NCBI GenBank assembly: GCA_018820275.1
Contig: JAHJOO010000056.1
Coordinates: 25,628-89,627 of the forward strand
Origin: Alphaproteobacteria bacterium
Lineage (GTDB): Bacteria > Pseudomonadota > Alphaproteobacteria > Caulobacterales > Caulobacteraceae
Direction of reading: 5' to 3'
DNA: 64,000 bases
Shown here: positions 54,119 to 62,884 of the stretch, piece after piece
How the letters are laid out: each line of letters opens with the position of its first letter
Numbering within the stretch: the first letter of the stretch is position 1
Position numbers and translations under genes: made by a program
Notes under the pieces: model-generated
The model's input: only the letters and a program-made list of their open reading frames with translations
Database searches by the model: none
Told to the model about the DNA's origin: nothing

Positions 54119-55429
54119 CTATCGCTTGTGCAGAAAGTGCTCTGGTCGGAGCTCGGCGAAAACGCCTTGTCGACGCCAATGTTCAGCTTCGGCCTTCATC
54201 TCCGGCGTCCGCTTCTCGGCGTCGAGAATCTCCAGAACCAATAGATTGTCCTCGGCGGATACGTGCGGCCAAGCGACGCCGATGAACGTCGTCTCCTTCG
54301 CAAAGGTGTCGGCCGCAACGACGAGATGTTGTCGCAGATGGCGGAGCACCAAGTCCTCTTGCGCCTGTTCGGACATCCAGTCGGGGCGCTTGGGATAGGC
54401 CAGCCACAGATAACGGACGGTGGGGTCCGTAGGTGAGGGAACCGTCGCCGCCCAGAAGGTGGTCTGGTCCGGTTCGTCCAGAATGCTCTTGAGGGCTGCA
54501 GCAATCATTCTCCTCTGGAAACGCCCCTCCCTCGCAAGCATTCGCATGGCTCGCTCGTGGTTCGACGGATCCTGGGCGCGAACGCCAGCTAGGTGCGCTC
54601 GGTGGAACTCTTCCACCAAACGATCGATCACATAGCTTCCGGCGTTCTCCCGGAGCGTGTGCGCCGCGCGGCCAGAGGTCTCATAATCCTTCCAGGCACC
54701 CTGTCGCGCGCGCCCACTCGAAAGTCCTTCCGGCGACACTTCGAACCGCCCGCTGCGAGTCCAGGCCTCCGTCGCGGCTGCGAGCAAATCGGCTTCCCGA
54801 AAGGCGCAACCCGGGTTCGACCTCAAGGTCGCCTCCCGGCTCGAAAGATACTCCACTAGGTCGGGCAAGGTGTCGAGATGGCCCAAGATCAGATCCACGT
54901 CCCGGCCTTCGAAGACGTGTACGAACCGGTCCTGTACGTAGAGCGGCCCGATCGTGAACGGATCCGACGGCGAGTGATCCGACCAAGTCAGCCCCGGCCA
55001 ACCGTCGGGCGTTACGCCCGGTTCACCATGCGGACGGGCCACATTTATCAGATGGTAGGCGCGTTCTCCGACTGGCGCGAGCTCATACCATAAGCGCGAC
55101 CGCGCTCCACGGTCGGTGAAGACAGCCGCCCCCGGTCGTTCTAGCCGTCGCACGGCGCCCCCTAGCTGTCTGACGCCTTCCAGGACGGCGGCTCGATGCC
55201 AGCGCTCCCATGCGACCGGTAAGGGCACGGTGAGATCGAACCGGCACGCCTTGTCCGAGAAGACGAGAACGTCGCGCCCAAAGGGAACGATCAGATCCGA
55301 GAGTTCCTTGCCCGGCTTTCCGAACGGGTTCGCGATGGTCCATGGCTTCAAAAATGCTTGGTGTCCCAATGACGCCAGATAAGCCTCGGACAAGCTTCCG
55401 CCCATCTGCCGAAGGTCCTCGTTCGTCAC
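54119..55429 (-). CDS. Hypothetical protein (436 aa), possibly with an N-terminal nuclease-like module
   Basis: It has a 4-nt overlap with the upstream DUF4238 gene. The N-terminal block GKELSDLIVPFGRDVLVFSDKAC resembles endonuclease-fold core motifs, but this is a weak assignment made by eye. Confidence 0.6.
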   Translation of the reverse strand: MTNEDLRQMGGSLSEAYLASLGHQAFLKPWTIANPFGKPGKELSDLIVPFGRDVLVFSDKACRFDLTVPLPVAWERWHRAAVLEGVRQLGGAVRRLERPGAAVFTDRGARSRLWYELAPVGERAYHLINVARPHGEPGVTPDGWPGLTWSDHSPSDPFTIGPLYVQDRFVHVFEGRDVDLILGHLDTLPDLVEYLSSREATLRSNPGCAFREADLLAAATEAWTRSGRFEVSPEGLSSGRARQGAWKDYETSGRAAHTLRENAGSYVIDRLVEEFHRAHLAGVRAQDPSNHERAMRMLAREGRFQRRMIAAALKSILDEPDQTTFWAATVPSPTDPTVRYLWLAYPKRPDWMSEQAQEDLVLRHLRQHLVVAADTFAKETTFIGVAWPHVSAEDNLLVLEILDAEKRTPEMKAEAEHWRRQGVFAELRPEHFLHKR

Positions 55430-56313
55430 CGACTCGGTTCTCCTTCCGCAGGCTGAACCGCATTTTTCGGAAAATGCTCTTCGATGAGGGTCTCGTGCGA
55501 CCTATCGAAGGCGATGACGACCGACCGCGCCTGCTCTACGACCTTGCGATTAAGCGTCTCCACGAAGGTCTGTTCGGGGATCATCATCATCAGAGGCATT
55601 CGTTGAGGGGACCGATGCGCGATGAAGATGGAACGAGGACCCAACGGCATGACGATCACTCCATTGGGGGTGCTGAAACTCCCGAAGGTCACGGGTTGAT
55701 CTGAGAGGAGTAGGGTGAGCCCCGGGTCGGTCAGGTCTCGCACCCCCCATTCCATGTTGACGATCAACTCCCCCATGCGCGGCGCATCACACAGACGCTT
55801 CACCACCATTCGTCCGAGATCCTCGTCGAACCGGCGGTCACGGGTAGACGAAAGATAATCCGCCACCGTCGCGGGCCAGTCATCTCCTCGCGTGGCCTGA
55901 TAGCGAGCCTCCAGTGAATCCCCCTCGCCTCGATACTCCCGCGCCTCCGCGATGGCGCTGATCTCTCGCACCCGCGCAGGACTGCGGCTGATGAGGGACA
56001 TGACGAAGCGGGCCCAGTCGGAAGCCATGATCGGCGATGCCGGCCGGCCGCCGACGGCGACGACTTCCTTCAGGGCGAGAGCCGCTCGCGAGTCGAGCTG
56101 TTGCATGAAGCGGGATTCGATCGACTGTCGATCTTCGGGGTCGCCTCCCTGGAGAGCGTACAGATCGACCTCGAACCCGATAGCCGACGGCGGCTTCCGT
56201 TTTCGATCGATCGCCTCATGGGGCCTACGATAACACCACACATCGTCTTCGTCGGCGGCCCAGCGCCGAATGAAGAACTCCGGGACGTAGTGGTGCTTCC
56301 TAGGATCGGCCAT
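55426..56313 (-). CDS. DUF4238 domain protein
   Basis: The N-terminal KHHYVPEFFIRRW matches the DUF4238 hallmark HYVPxFYLxxF. Confidence 0.7.
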   Translation of the reverse strand: MADPRKHHYVPEFFIRRWAADEDDVWCYRRPHEAIDRKRKPPSAIGFEVDLYALQGGDPEDRQSIESRFMQQLDSRAALALKEVVAVGGRPASPIMASDWARFVMSLISRSPARVREISAIAEAREYRGEGDSLEARYQATRGDDWPATVADYLSSTRDRRFDEDLGRMVVKRLCDAPRMGELIVNMEWGVRDLTDPGLTLLLSDQPVTFGSFSTPNGVIVMPLGPRSIFIAHRSPQRMPLMMMIPEQTFVETLNRKVVEQARSVVIAFDRSHETLIEEHFPKNAVQPAEGEPSR

Positions 56314-56339
56314 TCACCACCTCTTCGCCCGATGCGCCC

Positions 56340-56711
56340 TCATTCTTCCCCCCAAACGGCCGCACTGCCACTATCGAAGAAGGAGTATGTCGTCGTGCTA
56401 CGGGCCGCGCGCTGAAAGTGCGCGAGCCGGCCGTCAAGTGCAGCCACCTTCGCGTCCGTCGGCTCGTAGACGCCAAAATACAGATGCGGCGTCTCGGAGG
56501 TGAAGATCGCCCTGTAGATGTGAGAGTCGTTTTCCGCAGCGCTATGGCCGTAGACGAACACCGGAGCACGGTTCTCAGACAAGGTCCGATGACAGTGGCG
56601 GAGATAGGAGACGGAGTTGATCTTCTTCATCTTCTCAATGGCCGAGGCCTCGGCCACATAGACGGGAAGGTGCCTCATCTCCCGAATTTCACGAGTAATC
56701 GTCGCGATCAC
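56340..56711 (-). pseudogene. C-terminal fragment of a DUF4917-like protein with no proper start, probably truncated
   Basis: VFVYGHSAAENDSHIYRAI resembles the DUF4917 C-terminal block, from recollection. The frame stays open upstream to 56861 with no start codon and runs into the transposase region. Confidence 0.4.
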
Positions 56712-56818
56712 GCCGGCGCCGGTGTCAAGGGCCTTGAATATCTGGTGGTGACGCAGTTTGAACTTAGGGGTTAGGTATCGTGATCCAAACGATGCCAGGG
56801 GATGGGGGTCTGGGTCGT

Positions 56819-58048
56819 CTAGGGGTAGTAGCCCCGCTTGAAATAGTCCCCCAGGCAGACATTACAAATCGAATGGTCATCGGGCTGTATGGCGACCGAT
56901 GCGGCGATCGCGTCTTCCAGCGAATAGTAGGGCATCCAGACCCCCGACGACTTGGCACCGGCCTTGCGGCCCTGGCCGTCGCGGCAAAAAGCGCATTCTG
57001 CTTTGTGAACCTTGGTAGATTGGTGCGTGGTGCTCGAATAAACCCAATGCGACGGGGCCAGCACGACATCGTCGTCCGAAACTTCGATCAGGATCGGCTC
57101 GGACGGCGGCTCTTCGCCCTGCTCGGACTCCACCAGTCGGCGTTCGGCCGTGAAGTCGTCCGCCATCGTGAGCATGTCGGCGACCGACCAGAGCCGCGTT
57201 GCAAGGCCGGCCGCGATCGCCGCCGGGTCCCTCTTGATCCATTGGCGGCTGCGCGTTCCATCGGGCTGAAGGCGAGGCCGCATCGGGCGCGGAATCCAAC
57301 AGTAGTTGTGATAGACGGCCCACATGGCGATGTGCCGCTCGTGGTTCAGCATCGTTTTGGAGAAGGCGTTGGTCTTCCGGTTGAAGCGCCGGTTTCCCAT
57401 TCGCAGATTCAGATTCTGGCGCTCGATGTATGACGTGTGGGTGTCTTCGACGCGCCAGTCGCCGGAGCCCTTTTTTCGATTGGCGCCGATGTAGCGTCCG
57501 CCCGGCGCCTTGTTCCCGTTCTTGTCCTGCTTGTCGTATTGCTTCTCCAGGATGCCGTAGTCAGCGTCCGCGCCAAACGCGTTCCTGAAAGCCTTCGTGT
57601 AGGCCTTCAGGCCATCGGTCGCGAGGTGCGGCCGAACGACGAACCCGCCGTCCGGGCTCCGTTCCAATTTCCCCGCCACGTTCTTTAGGAACTCGCTGGC
57701 GTTGAGAGCGTCCTGATCGCCGAGGTGGTATTCGAAGATCAGCTTAGAATCCGCGCACATGGCGAGGTAGGTCCAGACACGGCCAGCGCCCTCGGGTGGG
57801 TCGATCATGTCCGACAAGTTCTTTTCCTTCGCCCCAACGAACGAATGCAGTTCGTCGGCTTGGATGTTGGCGATGTGCAGATTCTTGAGCGTCTTCATGT
57901 GGGCGATGGCCCAATCACCGACTTCGGCGAACAGCTTGGCGACGGTGTTCTGACTGACGTCGAAGATGCGCTCGCAGGAACGCTGCGACATGCCCTCGCA
58001 CAGGCAATGAAGCATACGAACGCGCAGGTCCTGTGGCTTCCGGTTCAT
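56819..58048 (-). mobile_element. IS1-family-like single-ORF transposase gene. The ends of the IS element were not determined.
   Basis: An N-terminal HTH (CEGMSQRSCERIFDVSQNTVAKL) is followed by a DDE triad context (QADELHSF, ATDGLKAY, SYIERQNLNLRM). There is also an unusual Cys-rich C-terminal extension of about 110 aa. Confidence 0.7.
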
Positions 58049-58444
58049 GGCGTGGAGCCCGCCCGCGCGATCACGAACGTGTAGAACTCGTCAACTTGGA
58101 GGCCGGAGCCTGCGCCTTGATCGATCGAGGTTGCGACCGGTTCGCTCGACGGTGAACCGACGTCATCCGCTGTCGGCTGGCACAGCGTCTCTTCAGGCGT
58201 CCCTTCCATGCTCCATCCTCCTCACTCTCGCTCGGGAATGAGGCGACTTCATAAAGCAGCGACATGTCTAGGTCAACGATATATCGGCGTATCACCGTAT
58301 GTCAATATTCTTGACGTAGAACACCCTCGAATGTCAGGATTCACGACATAGAGCCGGTGTCACGGTTCGTGACAGATGAACACCTTGACGAACAACGGAT
58401 TTTCGGTAGAGTCCGAAGTTCAACGTATCGGAGGAGTCCGAATT

Positions 58445-58762
58445 ATGGATATGGCAGTCGTGATGATGGGCTTCTCGGCCCTTTCGACCGTGTCGCGGGT
58501 AGAGATTCTTCGGCTTCTCGCCAAAGAGGCGCCGCCGGAGGGCATGAAGTCCGGCGACATTGCGAAACGGCTGGGGGTCGCGCAGAACACCCTCTCTACC
58601 CAGTTGATGATGCTGTCCCATGCCCGATTGGTTCAGTATCAGCGGGACGGCCGGTCCATCCTCTATCGCGTGGACCAGGAGAACCTTCAGGCGTTGTCGG
58701 ACTTCCTTTTGAAGGAATGCGGTGGCCTGCCGCGCGCCCGACCGACGCGCAAAGCCGCCTAG
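58445..58762 (+). CDS. ArsR/SmtB-family transcriptional regulator
   Basis: A winged HTH is present (RVEILRLLAKE...SGDIAKRLGVAQNTLSTQLMMLSHARLVQYQRDGRSILYRV). Confidence 0.75.
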   Translation: MDMAVVMMGFSALSTVSRVEILRLLAKEAPPEGMKSGDIAKRLGVAQNTLSTQLMMLSHARLVQYQRDGRSILYRVDQENLQALSDFLLKECGGLPRARPTRKAA

Positions 58763-58767
58763 CCGGG

Positions 58768-59223
58768 TTAGAACTCCGACCTCGTGCCGCCGTGATCGGC
58801 GCCACAGCGGTCGTGATCATGTAGGACCTCGATCACCTTGCAGGCCGAGACGCGCCCACCGGCGCACTCGGCCGTCATCCGGGAGAGTTCGGCCTGAAGG
58901 GCCTTCAATCGAGCGATTTTTCCCGTGACCACCGCGAGGTGGCGGTCGGCGATTGCGTTGGCCTCGCCGCACGGCCGCTCCGGTTCATCGGCTAGGTCCA
59001 GCAGCGAGCGGATCGAGTCCAGGTCGAAGCCCAGGTCACGGGCGTGGCGGACAAACGACAGCCGGCGCAGTGCCGCGTCGTCGTACACGCGGCGATCGCT
59101 CGCGGTCCGCTCCGGGGCGGGCATGATCCCGATCTGCTCGTAGAAGCGGATGGTGGGGACCTTCACGCCCGTGAGCGCGGCTAATCTCCCGATGCTTCGC
59201 GTGGACAGGGAGGTGGAGGCCAT
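58768..59223 (-). CDS. MerR-family metal-responsive regulator
   Basis: The N-terminal HTH (IGRLAALTGVKVPTIRFYEQIGIMP) and a C-terminal Cys/His cluster (CAGGRVSACKVIEVLHDHDRC) are present. Confidence 0.8.
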   Translation of the reverse strand: MASTSLSTRSIGRLAALTGVKVPTIRFYEQIGIMPAPERTASDRRVYDDAALRRLSFVRHARDLGFDLDSIRSLLDLADEPERPCGEANAIADRHLAVVTGKIARLKALQAELSRMTAECAGGRVSACKVIEVLHDHDRCGADHGGTRSEF

Positions 59224-59243
59224 CTCGTGAAAATAGGCGCTTG

Positions 59244-59264
59244 ATCCTCTAGTGGCTAGAGGAT
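59244..59264. promoter_or_regulatory. MerR-type operator dyad ATCCTCTAG-TGG-CTAGAGGAT
   Basis: A perfect 9-bp inverted repeat overlaps a TTGATC -35-like hexamer (59241-59246). It lies between the divergent MerR and CDF genes. Confidence 0.55.
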
Positions 59265-59296
59265 GCAGAAGGGTCTCTCCCACTTGGAGGTCGCCC

Positions 59297-59941
59297 GTGA
59301 GCCAGCCGATCCTGAATGAGCCTTCCGCCGGCTGCGGATGCGGCGCCGCCGTCAAGTTTGACGGCGCCACGCCCGCCTATCGCCGCATCCTTTGGTCGGT
59401 GATCGCCATCAACGCCCTCGCGTTCGTGGCGTTGGCCGGGGGCGCCTGGCTGCAAGGTTCGGCGGCGCTGGGGGCGAACGCTCTGGATTTCTTGGCCGAC
59501 AGCGCGACCTACGCGATCAGCCTATGGGCTATCGGTCGCTCGACGCGGATCAGGGCGGGCGCGGCCCTGCTGAAGGGCGCGAGCCTCGGGCTGCTCGCCG
59601 CCTTCATCCTGGGCTTCGCGATCTGGCGCGCCGTGTCGGGGGTGCCGCCGGAGGGGGCCGTCATCTCAGGGCTGGGACTGCTCGGCTTCGTCGCCAACGG
59701 CATCGCCGCCCTGCTGCTGGTTCGCCACCGTGACGGCGACGCCAATGTCCGGTCCGTCTGGCTCTGCACCCGCAACGATCTCATCGAGAGCCTGGTCGTC
59801 GCGGCGGCAGGCGGTTTGGTGTGGATCACCGCTTCGCGCTGGCCCGACCTGATCGCGGGCGTTATCCTGGCCTTGGTCTTCCTTCAGTCGGCCTGGGCGA
59901 TCGTTCGCCAGTCGCGCGACGAGTTGAGGCAGGGTTCATGA
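59297..59941 (+). CDS. Cation diffusion facilitator (CzcD-like) transporter, short form
   Basis: Its TM helices carry LDFLADSATY and TRNDLIESL metal-site-like motifs. A GTG start at 59297 is preferred because the ORF-track start at 59252 lies inside the operator. Confidence 0.7.
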   Translation: MSQPILNEPSAGCGCGAAVKFDGATPAYRRILWSVIAINALAFVALAGGAWLQGSAALGANALDFLADSATYAISLWAIGRSTRIRAGAALLKGASLGLLAAFILGFAIWRAVSGVPPEGAVISGLGLLGFVANGIAALLLVRHRDGDANVRSVWLCTRNDLIESLVVAAAGGLVWITASRWPDLIAGVILALVFLQSAWAIVRQSRDELRQGS

Positions 59942-60039
59942 TGGGCCGGTCGGATGAAGCCGCCATGCGACGAAGCGCCCGCGCGCCGTCCGCGCATTCT
60001 TTTTCAGCAGGCCGCGTGCTATGGAGCAGCGTGGACGCG

Positions 60040-60378
60040 ATGCGGGTCAGACAGGGATTGATGGCGGCGCTGCTCGCAACGTTCATGTCGTTGTTCGTGC
60101 TGACTTCTGCCGTCGATGCTGCGACTTGCGCCGTGGAACCAGCGAATCATTCCGCCGCTGGGGTGTCGGCCAACCCGACCGATACCGACCCCGGAGACGC
60201 TGGCGAAGATCACGCGATCTGCTCGCACGGCCACTGCCACCACGGAGGCGCACCCCTGCCTTCAGCGCCGCAGCCGGCAGCGGCGGCCGCCCTCTCGACA
60301 ATGAAGCCGCTCCTGCCGAGTTCAAAGCCTTTCACGTCCCGAACCCCCAGCGGTCTTAAGCGCCCTCCCAGAGCCTGA
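60040..60378 (+). CDS. Small secreted His/Cys-rich protein upstream of the RND pump
   Basis: A signal-like segment (LMAALLATFMSLFVLTSAVDA) is followed by CSHGHCHHGG. The position is analogous to small metal-binding accessory genes of czc/cus clusters. Confidence 0.45.
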   Translation: MRVRQGLMAALLATFMSLFVLTSAVDAATCAVEPANHSAAGVSANPTDTDPGDAGEDHAICSHGHCHHGGAPLPSAPQPAAAAALSTMKPLLPSSKPFTSRTPSGLKRPPRA

Positions 60379-60435
60379 CGATGCCCCGCGCCTGATGGCG
60401 CGCGTCAATCGTCTGGAACCTCTGGGATATGGAAA

Positions 60436-61689
60436 ATGCCACCCCTCAAATTTTGCCGCTCGCGTCTCGCGATCGGTTGCGCCGTGGTCGCGATGGCGAC
60501 CGTCGCGATCGGCCCTGCCTGGGCCGACCCCGTGCCGTCATATGAAGAACTGCTCGCACGCATCGGCCTGACGCCCGGCGCGCTCGAAGCCGACGCCCTG
60601 GTCGATGCGGCCGAAGCCCGCGTTCGTCAGGCGGGCGTCCGGCCTAACCCGGAACTGAGCCTTGAAGCCGAGAACGCGTTCGGGAGCGGCCCCTTCTCCG
60701 GCTACGGCAACGCCGAGACCACCCTGTCGGTCAGCCAAGACCTGGAACTCTGGGGCCGGCGAAGCGCCAGGGTAGGCGTCGCCCAGGCGGAGGGTAGAAC
60801 GTCGCTGCTGCGGCGCGACCTCGCCACGCTGGACGCGGCAGGCAGACTGGCGCTCGCCTATGCCGAAGCCGAGGCGGCCGAGCGGCGACTTCAGTTGGCG
60901 CAGGAAGCGCTCGACCTGACGATCGCCGACGCGCGGGCGCTGATGATCCTGGTCGAGGAGGGCCGCGAGCCGCTGTTTCGTGGCATCCAGGCCCAGAGCC
61001 AAGCGGCGGCGGCGAGAGCCGCGCTCGACGAGGCCCAGGCCGAACGCGACGCCGCCTTCGCGAGGTTGACCGCCGTGGCGATGCTGCCGAACCCGGTGAC
61101 CTCCATCGGAGCCAGTCTGCTGGACCGAGAGCCGCCCGCCGCAATTCCGACTTCTTCGACGTCGCCCGAAGTGCGGGTGGCCGAGGCCGAACGCGCCGCC
61201 GCCGAGAGCCGGATCGAAGTTGAGCGGGTGCGCGCAAGGCCGAACGTTCGCGTCTCGGTCGGCGTGCGTCGTTACGAGGCCGAAGACGCGACCGCCCTGA
61301 CGTTCGGGGTCAGTATGCCGCTGCCGCTGTTCGACCGGAACCGAGGCAACTATGACGCCGCCCAGGCCGAGTTTCGGGCCGCCGACGCCCGCGTTATGGC
61401 TGCGACACAGACCGCGCAGGCCGATCTCGCCGGGGCTGAGGCTCGATTGCGATCCGCCAACAGCCGTGTCTGGGCGACCGACGGCGGCGTGACGGCAGCA
61501 GAGGAGGCGTATCGCCTCTCCCGGATTGGCTTTGAGGCCGGACGCATCTCGCAACTCGAACTCAGTTCATCCCGAGCCGCGCTGATCGCGGCCCGCAACG
61601 CCGCCGTTGACGCCCGCCTCGCGCGGGTCCGGGCGGAAGTCGATCTCGCGCGCCTGCAAGGCCGTTTCCCGTTTGGATCATCGAAATGA
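60436..61689 (+). CDS. czcC: TolC-family outer-membrane efflux protein (CzcC-like)
   Basis: This is a 417-aa protein with a signal peptide and two coiled-coil/OEP repeats. It has an ATGA overlap with the adaptor gene. Confidence 0.8.
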   Translation: MPPLKFCRSRLAIGCAVVAMATVAIGPAWADPVPSYEELLARIGLTPGALEADALVDAAEARVRQAGVRPNPELSLEAENAFGSGPFSGYGNAETTLSVSQDLELWGRRSARVGVAQAEGRTSLLRRDLATLDAAGRLALAYAEAEAAERRLQLAQEALDLTIADARALMILVEEGREPLFRGIQAQSQAAAARAALDEAQAERDAAFARLTAVAMLPNPVTSIGASLLDREPPAAIPTSSTSPEVRVAEAERAAAESRIEVERVRARPNVRVSVGVRRYEAEDATALTFGVSMPLPLFDRNRGNYDAAQAEFRAADARVMAATQTAQADLAGAEARLRSANSRVWATDGGVTAAEEAYRLSRIGFEAGRISQLELSSSRAALIAARNAAVDARLARVRAEVDLARLQGRFPFGSSK

Positions 61690-62873
61690 AACGCACCCCC
61701 AACATCAACAAGACCTGGCTCATGGCCGGGGTCGCCGCCGTCGTCGTGATTGGCGGTGCGGGCCTCTACGCCATGTCACGTTCGCCGGCCGAAGCACCGG
61801 CCGCGTCAGCCGAAGGAGAACATGCCGAAGGTGAAGAAGGTCATGCCGAGGAAGGCGCGGCCGAGGAAGGCGTCGTCCTCCTGACCGAGGCGCAGATCGC
61901 CGCCGCGAACATCTCGGTCGTCGCGGTCACGGGCGGCGGCGGAAGCGAGACCCGTCTTTCCGGGCGCGTCGAGCCGATGGTGGACGCGCGCGCGGCCGTC
62001 GCCGCAAGCGTAGGCGGGCGCGTCGAAAGAGTTCTGGTAGCACCTGGGCAGTCGGTTCGCGCGGGTCAGCCCTTGGCGGTGCTGGTCAGCGGCGATGCCG
62101 CTGCCCTGCGCGCCGAGGCGGACGCCGCGAACGCGTCGGCGGATGCTGCTCGCCGCGCTTATGAGCGTGACCGTAACTTGGAAGAAGCCGGCGTCGTTGC
62201 GCGTCAGGAAGTCGAGACATCGCGGGCTCAGTCGCTGAGTTCGGACGCCGCCGCACGCGCGGCGCGAGCGCGGGTCTCGGCCGCCGGCTCTCCCAATGCC
62301 TCGGGTCGACTCAGCGTCGTCAGCCCCATCAGCGGGGTTGTAACCAGCGTTCAAGTCGGGCCGGGCGGCTTCGCCGCCCAGGGCGGGGTGATCGCCGAGG
62401 TCACCAACCCGGCGCGGGTCGAGATCATCTTCGCGGCGCCTCCCGCGCTCGCGGCCCAGGTTCGCGCGGGTTCGACCGTGCGCGTGCAGGCACCGGCGGG
62501 CGAGTTCGACGCCGTCGTCACTGGCGTCGCCGCCGATGCAAGCGAAGAAAGCGGTGCAACGATCATACGCGCCCGGCCGACCGGAGGGGGATTGCCGCCC
62601 GCAGGATCGGCCGTCTCCGGCGTTGTGGTCACGGACCAGTCCGCCGGCGGCCTCACGGTCCCGTCCGACGCCGTCCAAACCGTAGAGGGTTCGAACGTGG
62701 TGTTTGTGCGCACCGCGACGGGTTTTCGCGCCGCCCCCGTCCTGGTCGGCCGGCAAGCCGGCGATCGAACCGAAATCCTGAGCGGCCTGACCGGGACCGA
62801 GCGCATCGCCGGAACCAACGCCTTCCTCCTGAAAGCCGAACTCGCCAAGGGCGAGGCCGAGCACGGCCACTAG
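61686..62873 (+). CDS. czcB: RND efflux periplasmic adaptor (CzcB-like)
   Basis: The HlyD/MFP pattern is present (RVLVAPGQSVRAGQPLAVL...SPISGVVTSVQVGPG), with an N-terminal His/Glu-rich stretch. Confidence 0.8.
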   Translation: MKRTPNINKTWLMAGVAAVVVIGGAGLYAMSRSPAEAPAASAEGEHAEGEEGHAEEGAAEEGVVLLTEAQIAAANISVVAVTGGGGSETRLSGRVEPMVDARAAVAASVGGRVERVLVAPGQSVRAGQPLAVLVSGDAAALRAEADAANASADAARRAYERDRNLEEAGVVARQEVETSRAQSLSSDAAARAARARVSAAGSPNASGRLSVVSPISGVVTSVQVGPGGFAAQGGVIAEVTNPARVEIIFAAPPALAAQVRAGSTVRVQAPAGEFDAVVTGVAADASEESGATIIRARPTGGGLPPAGSAVSGVVVTDQSAGGLTVPSDAVQTVEGSNVVFVRTATGFRAAPVLVGRQAGDRTEILSGLTGTERIAGTNAFLLKAELAKGEAEHGH

Positions 62874-62884
62874 GGAGCGACAGC

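Noticed and set aside
58071-58295. A 74-aa ORF upstream of the transposase, and a search for IS terminal inverted repeats in 56712-56818 and 58049-58330.
   Set aside because: There is no convincing inverted-repeat pair and no InsA-like product. A 54-aa ORF that overlaps the transposase ATG exists but has no recognisable features.
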